A stretch of 64,000 nucleotides of DNA, from positions 12,586,001-12,650,000 of the forward strand of contig OZ024752.1 in NCBI GenBank assembly GCA_964016885.1, given 5' to 3'. Source of the DNA: Eledone cirrhosa (lineage: Eukaryota). Made by a program: the position numbers and the translations under genes. The notes under the pieces were generated by a model. The model ran no database searches. It worked only from the letters and a program-made list of their open reading frames with translations, and had not been told where the DNA came from. Position 1 is the first letter of the stretch, and each line of letters starts with the position of its first letter. This document shows positions 1-13,034 of this stretch, in pieces.

Positions 1-410
1 CATACTGTCTATATGCTTCAGCTTCAGCCTGTACCTGTTGAATTTCTTTAATTTCTTATTCGCCTTATGTTCTATTTTGGTATGGTCTCTTCATGTCTAT
101 TGCAATGAGCGCGCTGATTTAGGTTTTCACACTTGTTTTTATCGAGTAGGTTCCACGATTGAAATAATAATGGATGCTTCTATGCATTTAGTATCGTATC
201 TATCTAAATTCCTATTATATATATATTGTGGGCTTCTTATATACAAACATTGGCATATTTCTTTTTATATATATATGTAGGAGTTTTATTTAATTTGTTG
301 GAATTCCGACAAACATAAATGTTCATAACTGATATAGAGAACTCAACAAGTTACTGTAGTAAATATTCCAAGATAATAATAAATGGAAACTATATTTATA
401 AAACCATATT

Positions 411-475
411 TATTTTATTATATATATTTCAAGGGCGACCAAGCAAATCTTGGTGCGCTTTCATCAGATAAAATA
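411..475 (-). ncRNA. Type I hammerhead motif, mirror copy in the left arm of the palindrome
   Basis: Reverse complement of 615-679 (tcatcag at 461-467). Confidence 0.8.
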
Positions 476-614
476 CAAAATTTGTTTTATAAATAATGAC
501 ATACCCATGGAAATCACACCATAACGGTCCGAAATTTGCTGGACTATCCAGCGAATTTCGGACCTTTAAGATGTGATTTCCATGGGTATGTCATTATTTA
601 TAAAACAAATTTTG

Positions 615-679
615 TATTTTATCTGATGAAAGCGCACCAAGATTTGCTTGGTCGCCCTTGAAATATATATAATAAAATA
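615..679 (+). ncRNA. Type I hammerhead ribozyme motif (Penelope-type, palindromic stem III)
   Basis: Stem I tattttat(615-622)/ataaaata(672-679); CUGAUGA 623-629; stem II aagcgcaccaag...cttggtcgccctt; GAAA 660-663; self-complementary stem III atatatat; predicted cleavage after A671. Confidence 0.8.
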
Positions 680-859
680 AATATGGTTTTATAAATATAG
701 TTTCCATTTATTATCTTGATATATATAAATAAAATTGCTCGCTTTGGAAGCATCAACAATGCAGATGGGTAAATCTCCGAGTAACAGAACCCAGTGGTAA
801 TGAGAGAGAAAGAGATGTAAGAAGAAATGTAGAATGAGACGTAGGAAAAGTGTAAAAAT

Positions 860-985
860 AATTATTATTTCTACTTTTGGCACAAGGCCAGTAATTACCC
901 AGTACATTACTGGTACTTTATTTTATCGACCCCGTAAGGATGAAAGGCAAAGTTTACCTTGGCGGGATTTGAACTCAGACCATAA
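860..985 (-). mobile_element. tRNA-derived SINE family A (Meta-domain-like), partial
   Basis: Matches the many copies in this window, including the gcctttcatccttacggggtcgataaaataaagtaccag core and B-box gagttcaaatccc. Confidence 0.85.
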
Positions 986-1529
986 CGCTTGGCTGCAAAA
1001 GTGTAAAAATAATAACACGAGATAGAGTTACCTTGGAAGTGATTTAATAGTCCCTATATTTCAGATTTCGCATCTATCAGCTGGGGTTTTCCGAGGGGAA
1101 AAAGCTTTTGTGTCAGAGAGGGACAACACATGGCCACTGTCGTTCACCGTGTGTGTACAACTGAACTACTCTGTCAGGCACGCGGAATAGCTGCGGTCAG
1201 ACAAAGGTTGAGGCAGTTCTTCTATACTAGAGTAGTGGGGTGGTGACGTGTCAATACGTACACATTTTCACTGTCAATATATATATATCATCATCATCAC
1301 CATCGATTAACGTTTATCTTCCATGTTAGCATGGGTCAGATGGGTTTGTCCCATTTAGAGGCAAGTTGGGCCAGGTAACCGTGTCTTGCTCATATAGTGT
1401 TTCTGGCTAGTTTTCTACAACTGGATGCCCTTCCTAATGCAAACCACATTGACAGTGTAAGCTGGGTGCTTTTTGTTTTGACAGCTACATGATCACTTTA
1501 AAGCTTGGGCTGGACGTTTTGTGGTATAT

Positions 1530-1871
1530 ATAATCATCATCATTTCATTTTACGTCCACTTTTTCCCTGCTTGCAAGGGTGGGACGGGAACTGATTCTGG
1601 ATTGATTTCTACAGCTGGATGCCCTTCCTAACACCAAGCTCATTTACAGTGAGTGCTGGGTGCTTTTTTGCCATGGCACCTCCACAACCACTTTCTGTGG
1701 AATGATATGGACCCCAGTCCCTATCATCTCATTTCTACAGCTGAGTAAACTGGAGCAATGTGAAATAAAGTGTCTTGCTCAAGGAAACAACACATCACCT
1801 GGTCTGAGAATTGAACTCACAACCTTACGATTGCAAGCCCAATGCTCTAACCACTAAGCCATGTGCCTCCA
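1530..1871 (-). mobile_element. tRNA-derived SINE family B with an RTE-type 3' tail
   Basis: Reverse complement of 6023-6370: tRNA head (tggcttagtgg, gagttcaattc), a ccttgagcaagacac core, and a tail shared with the RTE LINE 3' UTR ending in (GAT)n. Confidence 0.85.
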
Positions 1872-2378
1872 TCAACTGTCGGATCGGCAAAGGAGCCGCA
1901 GTTTTCCAGCGGCTGTGCCCTGTCTGGTCGTCTTCATGCATTAGTACCAAGACCAAGCTCCGTCTGTACAAGAGCATCGTGCTGCCGACAGTGCTTTGTG
2001 CGAGTGAGACCTGGAAGAGTACGGCAAAAATAGACGGCTGAACGCTTTCCACTAGCGGTGCCTTGCGAAGGATCCTTCATGTGTCCTGGCGCGACCGAGT
2101 GCGAAACGAGGAGAGCCGAGTCGTGGACGTTACAGACAGTGGTCGCGGGGGCGTCGGTGGCCATATTCTGTGTCTGCCAAATGAACAGCATTCGAAAACA
2201 GCGATGAACTGGACTCCGCCTGGCGGTAAACGGAGGCGGGTTTGCCCAAGGATCGCCTGGCAACGAACGTTCCGGAAGGACCTGATGGCAGCCAACATCA
2301 CCTGGCACGGTCTAAAAAAAGTTGCCGCTGACTGTTGGCGAGTACTTACTGCTCGATGCGCGGAAGAATCTAAGACTA
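1872..2378 (+). mobile_element. RTE-clade LINE 3' fragment, decayed
   Basis: Peptides INCRIGKGAAVF..TKLRLYKSIVLPTVLCASETW and LRRILHVSWRDRVRNEE are typical of the RTE C-terminal region. Confidence 0.8.
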
Positions 2379-2501
2379 AGATATATATATATATATCCGA
2401 AGTGGTAGAGCACTCAGTCCATGGGACGACCAGTCCGAGCTGAAGATCCGCTTAAGGTGAAACAATTGTTCTCGGTATAGTGTACTAACGGTTGTGTTAC
2501 T

Positions 2502-2592
<91 letters not shown>

Positions 2593-2594
<2 letters not shown>

Positions 2595-5500
2595 GAATAT
2601 GAATCCGTGAGCTACCAAGCACCCATGTGAAGCCCCAATCCAGAGAGAGGAAGCACACACACACCCCTGCAAAAATCGACCCTTCCCTACGAGTGTCGAC
2701 AAATGCCCAAAACTCTGAGTTGGAACCATCAATGTAGGCTCAATGAAAGGAAGAGCAGGAGAAATCGTAGAAATGCTAGAGCGAAAGGAAATTGATGTAT
2801 GCTGTGTGCAAGAGACTAGATGGAGAGGAGAGTCTGCTAGAGTCCTTTTAGGAAAAAGTCAGTGCTACAAATTTTTCTGGGTGGGAAATGACGATGGGAT
2901 GGGTGGTGTAGGTATACTATTAGCTGACAAGTGGGTAGATAAAGTAATCTCAGTGTACAGGGTAAATGCAAGAATCATTAAACTCAGACTAGTCCTGAAT
3001 AAAACAATTACCACAATAATATCAGCTTACGCACCCCAATCGGGGTTGCCAGACGAACTTAAGGATAGATTTTACAAGTCTCTAATACACACTACTGCTC
3101 TAACAGACGACAATGACTTCCTAATCATTGCAGGAGATTTTAACGGACATGTAGGTAAACACTGTGACGGCTTCTATAGAGTCCATGGGGTTGGCACAAG
3201 AAATGAAGAAGGATTCAGACTTCTAGAATTCTGCGACGCCAATGACATGTCGATATGTAACACAAACTTCAAAAAACCCGACAACCACCTGATCACCTAT
3301 AGATAAGGGGAGCATTCTAGTCAGATAGATTTTATCCTCATCAGAGGACGTGACAGATGGACGGTCGTAAACACAAAAGCCTTCCCTAGTGAGGAATGTA
3401 CCTCCCAACATAGCTTAGTTGTCAGCGACCTCACGGTCAGAACTAGACGAACCTGGAAACAGAGGCCAACCTGGAGAAGAAAGATCTGGAAGCTGAAAGA
3501 CCCCTCAGCCAGTAACAGATTTAAAGATATTTTACTCAACGCCTATGACAGTAGAGAAGAACAGATAGACATTCAATGTAGAAGAGCACTGGGAGTTCCT
3601 AAAAAATAACTTACTAGAGGCGACGGATGAGGTCTGTGGCTGGAGTAAGACCACAAGCAGGAGGAGAGTGACTTGGTGGTAGAACAATAAGGTAGATGAG
3701 GCAGTTAAGGCCAAGAGACAGGCATGGAAAGAATGGAAGAACGGGGGGAGCAGGGTACATTACATAGAGACCAAGAGGGAAGCTAGGCGACAAGTATACT
3801 TAGCTAGGAGGCAAGCAAAGGATAGAAAATTCAAGCATGTTTTGCAACGTGAGGACCAGAAACAGGAGGTGTTCAATATTGCGAGGCAGTGTGTCAGAGA
3901 TAGTTGTGATGTCATTGGAGAGAAGTGTATCCGGAATGATAAAGGTGAGCTTGCCCTCACAAGTGCTGAGAAGAAAGATGCATGGAAGAGTCATTATGAT
4001 AGATTACTAAATGAGGAGAATGCATGGGAAGAAGAGACCCTACCCCAAGTAGACCCTATAGAGGGGCCAGCAGTACAAGTCAGCAGCAGCGTAGTAAGTA
4101 AGGCAATCAAAGATATGAAGATGGGGAAGGCAACCGGTCCATCGGGTATAGCTGCCGAGATGCTGAAGGCATCTGGGTCTGTAGGTTACACTATAACCAC
4201 ACGTATTGTTAACCAGGTAATACGAGAAGGTGTCATACCAAAAGATTGGTGCAGTAGCATCATTGTCAACTGCTACACAGGTAAAGGTGATGCATTCGAT
4301 AGAGGTATAAAGCTGATGGACCAGGTCATGAAAGTAACAGAAAGAGTTATAGCACAGTTGATTAGGGACCGGGTGAAACTAGATGAGATGCAATTTGGGT
4401 TTGTACCAGGAAGAGGCACCACTGATGCCCTCTTCCTTGTGAGGCAGTTACAGGAAAAGTACCTAGCTAAAAGTAAGCCACTCTACCCGGCATTCGTCGA
4501 TCTCGAGAAAGCCTTTGACAGAGTTCCACGTGCTATAATCTGGTGGGCTCTTAGAAAACTAGGAGTAGATGAATGGCTTGTGAAAGCTGTACAAGCCATG
4601 TATAGGGGAGCAGTCAGCAAAGTTAGGATTAGCAATGAGTTAGGATTAGCAATGAGTATAGGCTGGTGTCCACCAGGGCTCTGTTCTTAGCCCTCTCCTG
4701 TTCATCATAGTCCTGCAGGCAATAACGGAGGAGTTTAAGACCGGATACCCATGGGAACTCCTGTATGCTGATGACCTCGCACTTATAGCTGAATCTATGG
4801 TAGAGCTAGAGAAGAAATTCCAAACTTGGAAGCAGGGACTAGAAAGAAAGGGTCTCAAAGTCAACATGACAAAGACTAAGGTCCTTGTAAGTAAACGAGA
4901 AAACAGAACCCAGATCCCCTCTAGGAAATGGCCTTGCTCAGTATGTAGGAAAGGTGTTGGTTGGAACTCCATTCTCTGCCCCAAATGCAAACAATGGGTA
5001 CACAAGAGATGTAGCGGGATCTCAGGAAGCTTAATTAAGAATGTAGGCTTCACATGCAGCAGCTGTACTGGGACAGCAAACAGCCACAGGAAACAAGTAC
5101 CACCAATCTCTGGGAGGGCTCTGTAGAGACAGTAGACAGCTTCTGCTACCTAGGTGACCGAATTAGCAGCAGAGGTGGGTGTTCAGAAAGTACAATAACT
5201 AGGGTAAGAACGGGATGGAAGAAGTTCAGGGAACTGCTACTGCTAGCTGCAAAAGGCTTCTCCCTCAAAATGAAAGGCAGACTGTATGATGCGTGTATCT
5301 GAACAGCAATGTTACATGGTAGTGAGACCTGGGCGCTGAAGGTGGAAGGCTTACGTAGATTAGAGAGAAACGAAGCCTGCATGCTCCGATGGATGTGTAA
5401 TAGTAATATACGTGAACGACAAAGCATAAATGAATTGAGAGAGAGACTGAGCATAAGAGGAATCAAATGCTGTGTGCAGGAGAAGAGGTTGGTATGGACA

Positions 5501-6014
5501 TGTGATGTGTATGAAGGATGACAGCTGCATAAAAAGGTGCAGAGCACTAGAAGTCGATGGAAACTGCGGAGTGGGGAGACCCAAGATGACCTGGGATGAG
5601 GTGATAAAAGCCGACCTTACCCAATTACACCTCTCAAAGGCAATGACACATGACCGTGACCTCTGGCGTCACGCAGTAATACAGAGTACCCGACCTCCCA
5701 TGGGTACAAGCTGAAGCATATAGACAATATGCCCCCACACCCTCCCACTGCAAGGTGGTCGTGGAGGTGCCACGGCAAAAAAGCACCCAGCCCACACTGT
5801 AAAGTGGATGTGTAGGCGCCACGAAAAAGCACCCAGCACTCACTGTAAATGAGGTTGGTGTTAGGAAGGGCATCCAACTGTAGAAATCAATCCAGAATCA
5901 GTTCCTGTATGAGCAAGGCATGGTCAGCCGACCAGACACTGCCCACAACATGACAACCCGTCTAACCCATGCTAGCGTGGAAGAGCGGACGTAAAACGGT
6001 GATGATGATGATGA
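2593..6014 (+). mobile_element. Near full-length RTE-clade LINE (APE endonuclease + RT), pseudogenised
   Basis: APE motifs (CCVQETRW, ISAYAPQ, GDFNGHVG, SQIDF); RT motifs (QFGF, FVDLEKAFDRVP, LLYADD); Cys/His finger CSVC..C..C..WVHKRC; 3' UTR ending in (GAT)n; several stops and frameshifts. Confidence 0.93.
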
Positions 6015-6022
6015 TATAATAA

Positions 6023-6370
6023 TGGAGGCACATGGCTTAGTGGTTAGAGCATTGGCCTTGCAATCGAAAGGTTGTGAGTTCAATTCTCAGACCGGGTGAT
6101 GTGTTGTTTCCTTGAGCAAGACACTTTATTTCACATTGCTCCAGTTTACTCAGCTGTAGAGATGAGATGATAGGGACTGGGGTCTCTATCATTCCACTAT
6201 AAAGTGGTCGTGGAGGTGCCACGGAAAAAAAGCACCCAGCACTCACTGTAAATGAGGTTGGTGTTAGGAAGGGCATCCAGCTGTAGAAATCAAGCCAGAC
6301 TCAGTTCCGGTCCCACCCTTGCAAGCAGCGAAAAGCGGACATAAAATGATGATGATGAAAATGATGATGA
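6023..6370 (+). mobile_element. SINE family B, full-length
   Basis: tRNA-like A/B boxes, conserved core, RTE-like tail ggtgttaggaagggcatccagctgtagaaa and (ATG)n end. Confidence 0.88.
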
Positions 6371-8044
6371 TATATATACACTCAAATATACAAATAATGA
6401 ATCAAAGCATCAAATATGTTTATAATGTTGTTTCTCAATAAGCAAGCTCAATAGACTTTATCTAGAGCCTTAATAACCAAATGAAAAGATATATGTACGA
6501 AATAGCACTATAAGGTTTCTCTTATGATTCCACCTATGTACATATTCTTCTATAGAACATATATTTGGTATATATATAATATACCATGTTTCTTATACAA
6601 TATATGGCTCTTTCTCTCTCTACATATATACATATATCTTTTCATTTGGTTATATATATATATATATGTTTATATACTATATTTAGAGTTATAAACTCAA
6701 AAGTCTTTTACAATTAATTAGCTCAAAGAAAGAAGCATTTCTGAGCCGTGAAATACAAGTTAATATAAATTAATATATGATTGATATATTTTTAATATAA
6801 ATTAATATATGATATTTGAAGTTTAAATTTGTCTGCGGAACAGGTTTGGATTTTGAAATTTAAATTTGTCCAGGTATCACGGTTATTGCCAATATGGGTT
6901 TGTTTTTATTGATTTATTATTTAAATCGAGACAGGCAAACTGTATTAATTTAATTAGTATTTTTCAATCTAGCTAACTTGGTCATTTACAATACAAACAC
7001 TTATATGTTTATCATATATTAATTTATATTAACTTGTATGTATGTTTATATATATCTGGGTTCAATCGGGGGTAACCACAATAAGGTACTCAATACATAG
7101 CAGAGTATAAATATTTAATATAGAAATAGCTTCGAATGAAACAGTTCTAGTCCTGTAAAAGCCATTTCTATATTAGATATATATACATATATATATATAT
7201 GTGACCAACTTTATCTGACATTCCGGATGATTTTATACGAATGAAACAGTTCTAGCTCTCTAGAAGTTATTTCTATATAAAATAATTGTTTCTATTTTTG
7301 GCACAAGGCCAGCAAAAATACCCCAGTGCATTACTGGTACTTTATTTTATCGATTCCCTAAGGATGAAAGGCAAAGTTAACCAAAATTCCTTCTTCAGAG
7401 CCCAAAAGTAAAGATTAAAACATAATTCAAAAGGAAACCATGTCATTGAAAAAAAAGGGCTACAATAAACTCAATATTTGAATTAAAAGAATCTGCATTC
7501 TTGTGATGTGTTTTTGAAGATGGTCAATTAAGGCTGCGAGCAGGTTTGAATAAGATGGATGAACTCAAATGTAGTCAGAAGAGTGAATAACAAGGGGCAT
7601 AACTATTAACAAAGGGAGATAAAAAGTAGAATTGTATATGTTATGGTTAATTTAAAATTATCTAGGAAAGAAAAGGGGAAAAGTTTTATAAAAGTTAAAA
7701 ATTAATAATAAAATAAAAGGTATTAAAAAAATATAGTTAATTAGAATAAAATAGCAGGAGGAAGGTTTAATCAGTAAAAATTCACACTAAAAAAAAGATA
7801 ATATAAATAGAAGTAATCCAAAGTGAATTTTAAATAATTGAAAATAATTAAACAAAATTAGATTAAAAATTAAAAAGGGTATAAATAAGATTGATTGGTC
7901 GAAAAGGAAAAAGGGCACGAGATATTCCAAAAATATCAGTAGTAAAATAAAAGGAAAATAAGATAATATGGGAAAAGATTTCAATTAAGAAAAGTAAGAA
8001 GTGTTACTAATGAGGAAGGCGAAAAATTATTGATATAGTCTAAT

Positions 8045-8222
8045 AAGTGTTTCTACTTTTGGCACAAGGCCAGCAATTACCGCAGTACATTACTGGTACT
8101 TTATTTTATCGATCCCGTAAGGATGAAAGGCAAAGTTAACCTTGGCGGGATTTGAAAGAGGCGTAACTCAATGCTGCAAAGCATGGTGTCCAACCCTCTA
8201 CCGATACTTCCAATCCACCACC
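8045..8222 (-). mobile_element. SINE family A
   Basis: Reverse complement of the family consensus seen at 36896-37080. Confidence 0.85.
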
Positions 8223-8315
8223 CTGCCAATCCACTGGAGAATGGTTTGGATATAATGGGTTAAAGCCAAAAATAAAATAAAGACGTATAAATAGAAATAA
8301 AAGGAGAGGTCGGCC

Positions 8316-8822
8316 TTTTAAACCGGCCATATCCAGCCAGAATTCTCTCACCTCTTTCTGTTCAAACCAGCTGTAGCCGGCTGTTCATACTGATGTTAAG
8401 GTATTCTTCTCCAAATAAATAATATAAAAATATCATAGATTCGATATTATGTGAGATAATTATGTCAGATAAAACCTTTACAATGAAAATATAATAGTAT
8501 ATATAGAGTAATGTAAATGTTATGTGAGATATTTATGTCAGATAAAACCTTTACAATGAAAATACAATAGTATATATAGAGTAATGTAAATGTTATGTGA
8601 GATAATTATGTCAGATAAAACCATTACAATGAAAATACAATAGTATATATAGAGTAATGTAAATGTTATGTGAGATAATTATGTCAGATAAAACCATTAC
8701 AATGAAAATACAATAGTATATATAGAGTAATGTAAATGTTATGTGAGATATTATGTCAGATAAAACCTTTACAATGAAAATATAATAGTATATATAGAGT
8801 AATGGAAATGTTAAAGGGTTAA
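8316..8822. mobile_element. piggyBac-like MITE with internal ~70-bp tandem repeats
   Basis: Ends in aaagggTTAA; about five tandem units (tatgtgagataattatgtcagataaaac...gtaaatgt); related copies at 11805-11965, 28540-28900 and 39600-40264. Confidence 0.6.
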
Positions 8823-8989
8823 ATAAAAATAAATAAGAGAAGGTTGTATTAACAATAAGAAGAGGTTGAGGGAAGGAGAAAGATAAAGAAACAGAAAGTA
8901 TGAGACAGGGAAGGGGTAAAGTAAAATATAAAATAAGTAAGATGTGAATTAGATAAGGAAGAGACTAATAACTAGCTACAATGTGATGG

Positions 8990-10669
8990 TAAGATGCATG
9001 CTGGGTAAATTATACATGGTAAAAAAGGGGGAGCAGGTAATGAATTAAACTAGTGGGATCAAATACCCTGTTAGTGAATGAGTATGCCAAATGGTGAAGC
9101 AGTTAATAACAATCTCATTGCGGTCATTTATTAGGCGGGGTTTAGACAAAGTTATGAAATATGCTTAAATCACAATGACCCTTATGACCTTTGTATGGAG
9201 AGGATTTGGCTAAAATATCCCAAACTAAAGAGTATTCAATATTAGAGAGTTATATGTCTAGCTAATGAAGTAGAAGGTTTTAAATTACTATCCTTAACAG
9301 AATGTGTATGAGAATTACGAGTTTTGAAAAGGTTAGCAGTAGCTCCAATGTAGGTTTTAATGTCACTATAGGATTTAACAGTACATGTATGTTCTACGTT
9401 ATTAGTAAAGCAATAAATATTCAGAGGGTATTTATTAAGTTACAGTTACGGTTAAAGGTAGTAGATATTATAGGCGTGAGGATAGAACTAAAAGGCGTAT
9501 CATATGTCAGTGAGGAGAAAGGAGAGTTATCAGGATTAGGGTTATGGTTAGAATTATTTGTATGTAAATGGTCAATAAGTAGATGTAAACAATCAGAAAC
9601 GGAGGCCCTACGTTTTTAAAATTTCTTATAGTTACTAAAAGCAATGTAATCAGCTAATTTTTTTTGTGGGAGTGGTGTAGTAGAGAAAGAAATCTTAACG
9701 TTATTTTTGTTAAATAGTTTATAGTATTTGTGGTCGGGGGGAAATTATTACGCAAGATGGAGAAGCATGTTCTGGGAGGTTAGAAGCAACATTAAGTGAG
9801 AAGGGAGCATTAAGTCATGACAGATTACGAGTTCTCTTACGGCGCATGGTACTAGGATTATTAGGGGGGGGGGGGGGGTTCATAGGTAAGTTTAGATTAT
9901 TCTTTAGATTATTAAGAGTAGTGGTGGGTAAATTCTTAGTATTAAAGGGAGGCAACTGGTTAAGGTGTCTATAAGAGTTAATTCTGAATTTATTGCTAGA
10001 GGTAGGTAGAAAGCCATTACAGGAGGGGATCTCTTCTATTAGCAATTTAAAACTCTTTCTTACTAGAGATACAACTTTGTGTGATTACATTATTATTACT
10101 TAATTTTTGGGGTGATGGAATGGAAGGTAAGTAATAAATTTTATCTATATAGCCTGATTTAGACGGCCTCATTATAGTACCAGACAATTTCATAAAAAAT
10201 ATTCTCATTTGCTGAGAGCCTAGAGATTCTGTGTCAAATGGACTTTACAATAGTTTTAAGAACAAAGGGGTGTGATTAGAGAGGCAATTAATATAAGTTA
10301 AGATCTCACCAGGTTTATGAAAAGTATGGTATAGTCCTGTTTAAGGTCTTGAGTAGTGTCAAGGAAATTAACTACATAATAGTTAGGTTCAATCGTGATA
10401 GAAAGACCAAAGCTTTAAACAAATTCATACAAATGCTTTTTAAGAATCTCCATTCTACTGTGTTAAAGTTATCTACAGTAAATAGAGCATCATCTCTGTA
10501 TAAGCCTCCTTGTAGAGATGGCAAGTCTTCCTTAAGCTTGTGTAAATGGTAAATTCCTACGAGGTCAGTGACCTGAGCAGAGTCACTTGACCCTATAGTA
10601 ATGTCATTTGGTCTATTTGCCCTAGTCCAGTAACTACCATTAAACTCGATTATAGTACGTTTTTATCAT
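8990..10669 (-). mobile_element. Penelope-like retroelement: RT C-terminal half and GIY-YIG endonuclease, decayed
   Basis: Minus-strand peptides DITIGSSDSAQVTDLVGIY and GLYRDDAL (YRDD at 10489-10500); NIEYSLVWDILAKSSPYKG..C and NDRNEIVINC resemble the C-terminus of PLE GIY-YIG domains. Confidence 0.8.
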
Positions 10670-11531
10670 CGTAGTGGACTATTGTATGTGCCTTGCACTG
10701 GAGAAACACCAGGACTCTGGCTTTACTGTAGCACCAGCTCAGAGCAGGAGAGTTAAGGCGAAAAAGATATCAGATGCTGAATTTGCCGAAGACATAGTTT
10801 TGGTGACAAATACAGTGAAGGGGGCAGAGGATTTGATGCAGGAGGTTGAGACTGTGTCGATGAGTGTGGGGCTGAGAATGAATGAGACTAAAACAAAATA
10901 TCTGGTAGAGAATGTTGAGAATCCAGAGGGGATCACTAATGTAGGCGGGAAGCCGCTAGAATTGGTTGAGGACTTCCTGTATTTGGGAGCAAAGATTGGG
11001 AATACGGAAGATCATGTGGTTGAGAGGAAGAGCAAAGACTGGGCGGCGTGCCACAGCTTGAGATCGGTGTGGAGGTCGGACCTTCGTAAAGACCTGAAAA
11101 TCCGCCTCTTCATTGCTGTAGTGGAGTCTGTGCTGCTGTACGGGTCTGCGACTTGGACACTGACCAAGAAATTCACTCAGATAGTGGATGGGTGCTACAT
11201 GAGAATGCTGAGGATGGCTCTGAACATTAATCAGTATACACTGAGGATGAAAAAGTCAGAGCTGTATGGGAGCCTCCCAAAAGTCAGCTCAAAAGTGACA
11301 CAGAGGAGACTGAGGTTAGCTGGACATGCTCACCGACATCCAGAGTTGACATTGCACTCAGTGCTCCTGTGGGAGCCCCTACATGGACACACTGGAAGAG
11401 CAAGACCAAGGTTAATGTATGTTGATGCCATAAGGACAGACACTGGTCTGTTGGAGACGCAGGACATGGCAGCGATAATGAGGGACAGAGACCGCTGGAG
11501 AGAACTCGCCCATGGAATTTTACCCGCCCTA
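10670..11531 (+). mobile_element. RTE-like LINE 3' fragment inserted into the Penelope-like element
   Basis: ORF 10674-11618: FAEDIVL, DFLYLGA, LKIRLFIAVVESVLLYGSATW; ends at ttacccgccctaga, as does the copy at 23643. Confidence 0.85.
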
Positions 11532-11815
11532 GAAAAAATAGTACATCTAGCAGTCAATATAATGTCTATTTCTTTTCTAGATAAATCAGTATTAGTACTA
11601 GCTAAGATAAGGGCCTGATGGAGTAAAATAGGGGATATAGAGGCATGGTTACTATCGATGTCGAATTGCATGTATTTAAGACGATTTTTATCATTGATGA
11701 TTATGAACCAGTCAATAACCTGGTCCGTGTTGAGCCAAAGTTTAAAGCTTATACTGTCTTTCAAAATAGATATAATACGGTTATGGATACATTTGTCAAT
11801 TTTCACAGTAAACAC
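11532..11815 (-). mobile_element. Penelope-like element, RT N-terminal part
   Basis: LWLNTDQVIDWFIIINDKNRLKYMQFDIDSNHASIS...IDIILTAR matches the PLE RT region around the FDI motif; it continues at 10669 after the insertion. Confidence 0.8.
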
Positions 11816-12709
11816 TTTATCTCACATAATATTGAATCTACGAGATTTTCATATTATTTATTTTGAGAACAATACCTTAACATAAGTATGAGCAGCTGGT
11901 TTGAATAGAAAGAGGTGAGAGAATTCTGGCTGTATACAGCCGGTTTAAATGCGAAAGAATTAACCCTTTCAATACTCCACTGCCAGAAAACCACCTAGTT
12001 CTATGATATAAAGCTATTTGTTTATTTTATGTAAGAGCCTTTGTTAAGTTATGTCCCAAACTTCAGTTTAATAATTAGAAAGTTATATTGTAAATCCCTC
12101 CACAGCCACAAACCACCTCTAGTTCTATGATGTAAAACTATTTGTTTATATTATCTATAAACTAATTTACTCTCCAAACTACCGAAACACACATCTATTG
12201 TATATGTGCTACAATTTATGTTCATGTTATGTTTATCGCATTTCACAGTTTTTTGTATATCTTGGTTAATAATTGATAATAACAGCTAAACTAATTACTA
12301 CAACTAAATTAACCAAATTTGTCCCCCCTCCCACCCAATTCAGAAATGTTTCCACAGTTCCTGTTAACTACTCTCGGGTCTCAAACAATGCCCCCACCCC
12401 CATCTGCTTACCCCCCCCCCCCACCCCGCTATTATCCTCTCCCCCTCTCTTATTACATTTTGTGCTAATCTATCTCCAGCGAAATTTTATTTTAAGTAGT
12501 AACATTCCTGCAACAATTAATTTTCTTTATACATTAAAAAAAACATTATACATGACAAAAAAAGTACATTGCTAGACATCCCATACGTTATAAAATAAAT
12601 TGGATGGGTTGGGTTCTCAAAATATAAACTAAATGACTAATCCTGGTTTTAAAAAAAAATTAACAGAGACAACCTGTTATCTCAAATTGAATCACCCTCT
12701 TCCCATTCT

Positions 12710-13034
12710 CGGACGCCACCGCTGCGACAGGTTCTCCGCCTCCAACTTAGTCACTTCGGCCACAAACCCCGGCATCGCAGATGAACGTAAAATAAACAAA
12801 TACCGGGGTTTGTCCGTTCACTTCCTCTTCACACCGGTCACTGTCGAGACCTCAGATGTACTTGGACCCCGTACTGCCGAGCTCCTCCGCAAGATCGGAG
12901 TGTCAGCAGCCCATCTGAGGAGGGAGCCCCGCGAAGTGGGGTGGTTGTTGCAGCGGGTGTCACTGGCTATTGTCCGGGGGAATGCTTTTGCCGTCTTGTC
13001 CGCGGGGCACAGCACTCCTGCCCTCTTGCCCTAG
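12710..13034 (+). mobile_element. CRE-like LINE 3' fragment (restriction-like endonuclease end)
   Basis: KINKYRGL...PVTVETSDVLGP...LLQRVSLAIVRGNA; homologous to the end of the element at 46240-48135. Confidence 0.75.

Larger units (their letters stand above)
369..719. repeat. ~350-bp near-perfect fold-back palindrome carrying a hammerhead motif in each arm
   Basis: The left arm (caagataat...gctgga) is the reverse complement of the right arm (tccagc...attatcttg), with a centre near 545 and few mismatches. Confidence 0.95.

Noticed and set aside
1050-1090. Hammerhead-like ctgat-agat/atct-gaaa on the minus strand
   Set aside because: The core lacks the G8-A9 nucleotides and stem I does not pair directly.
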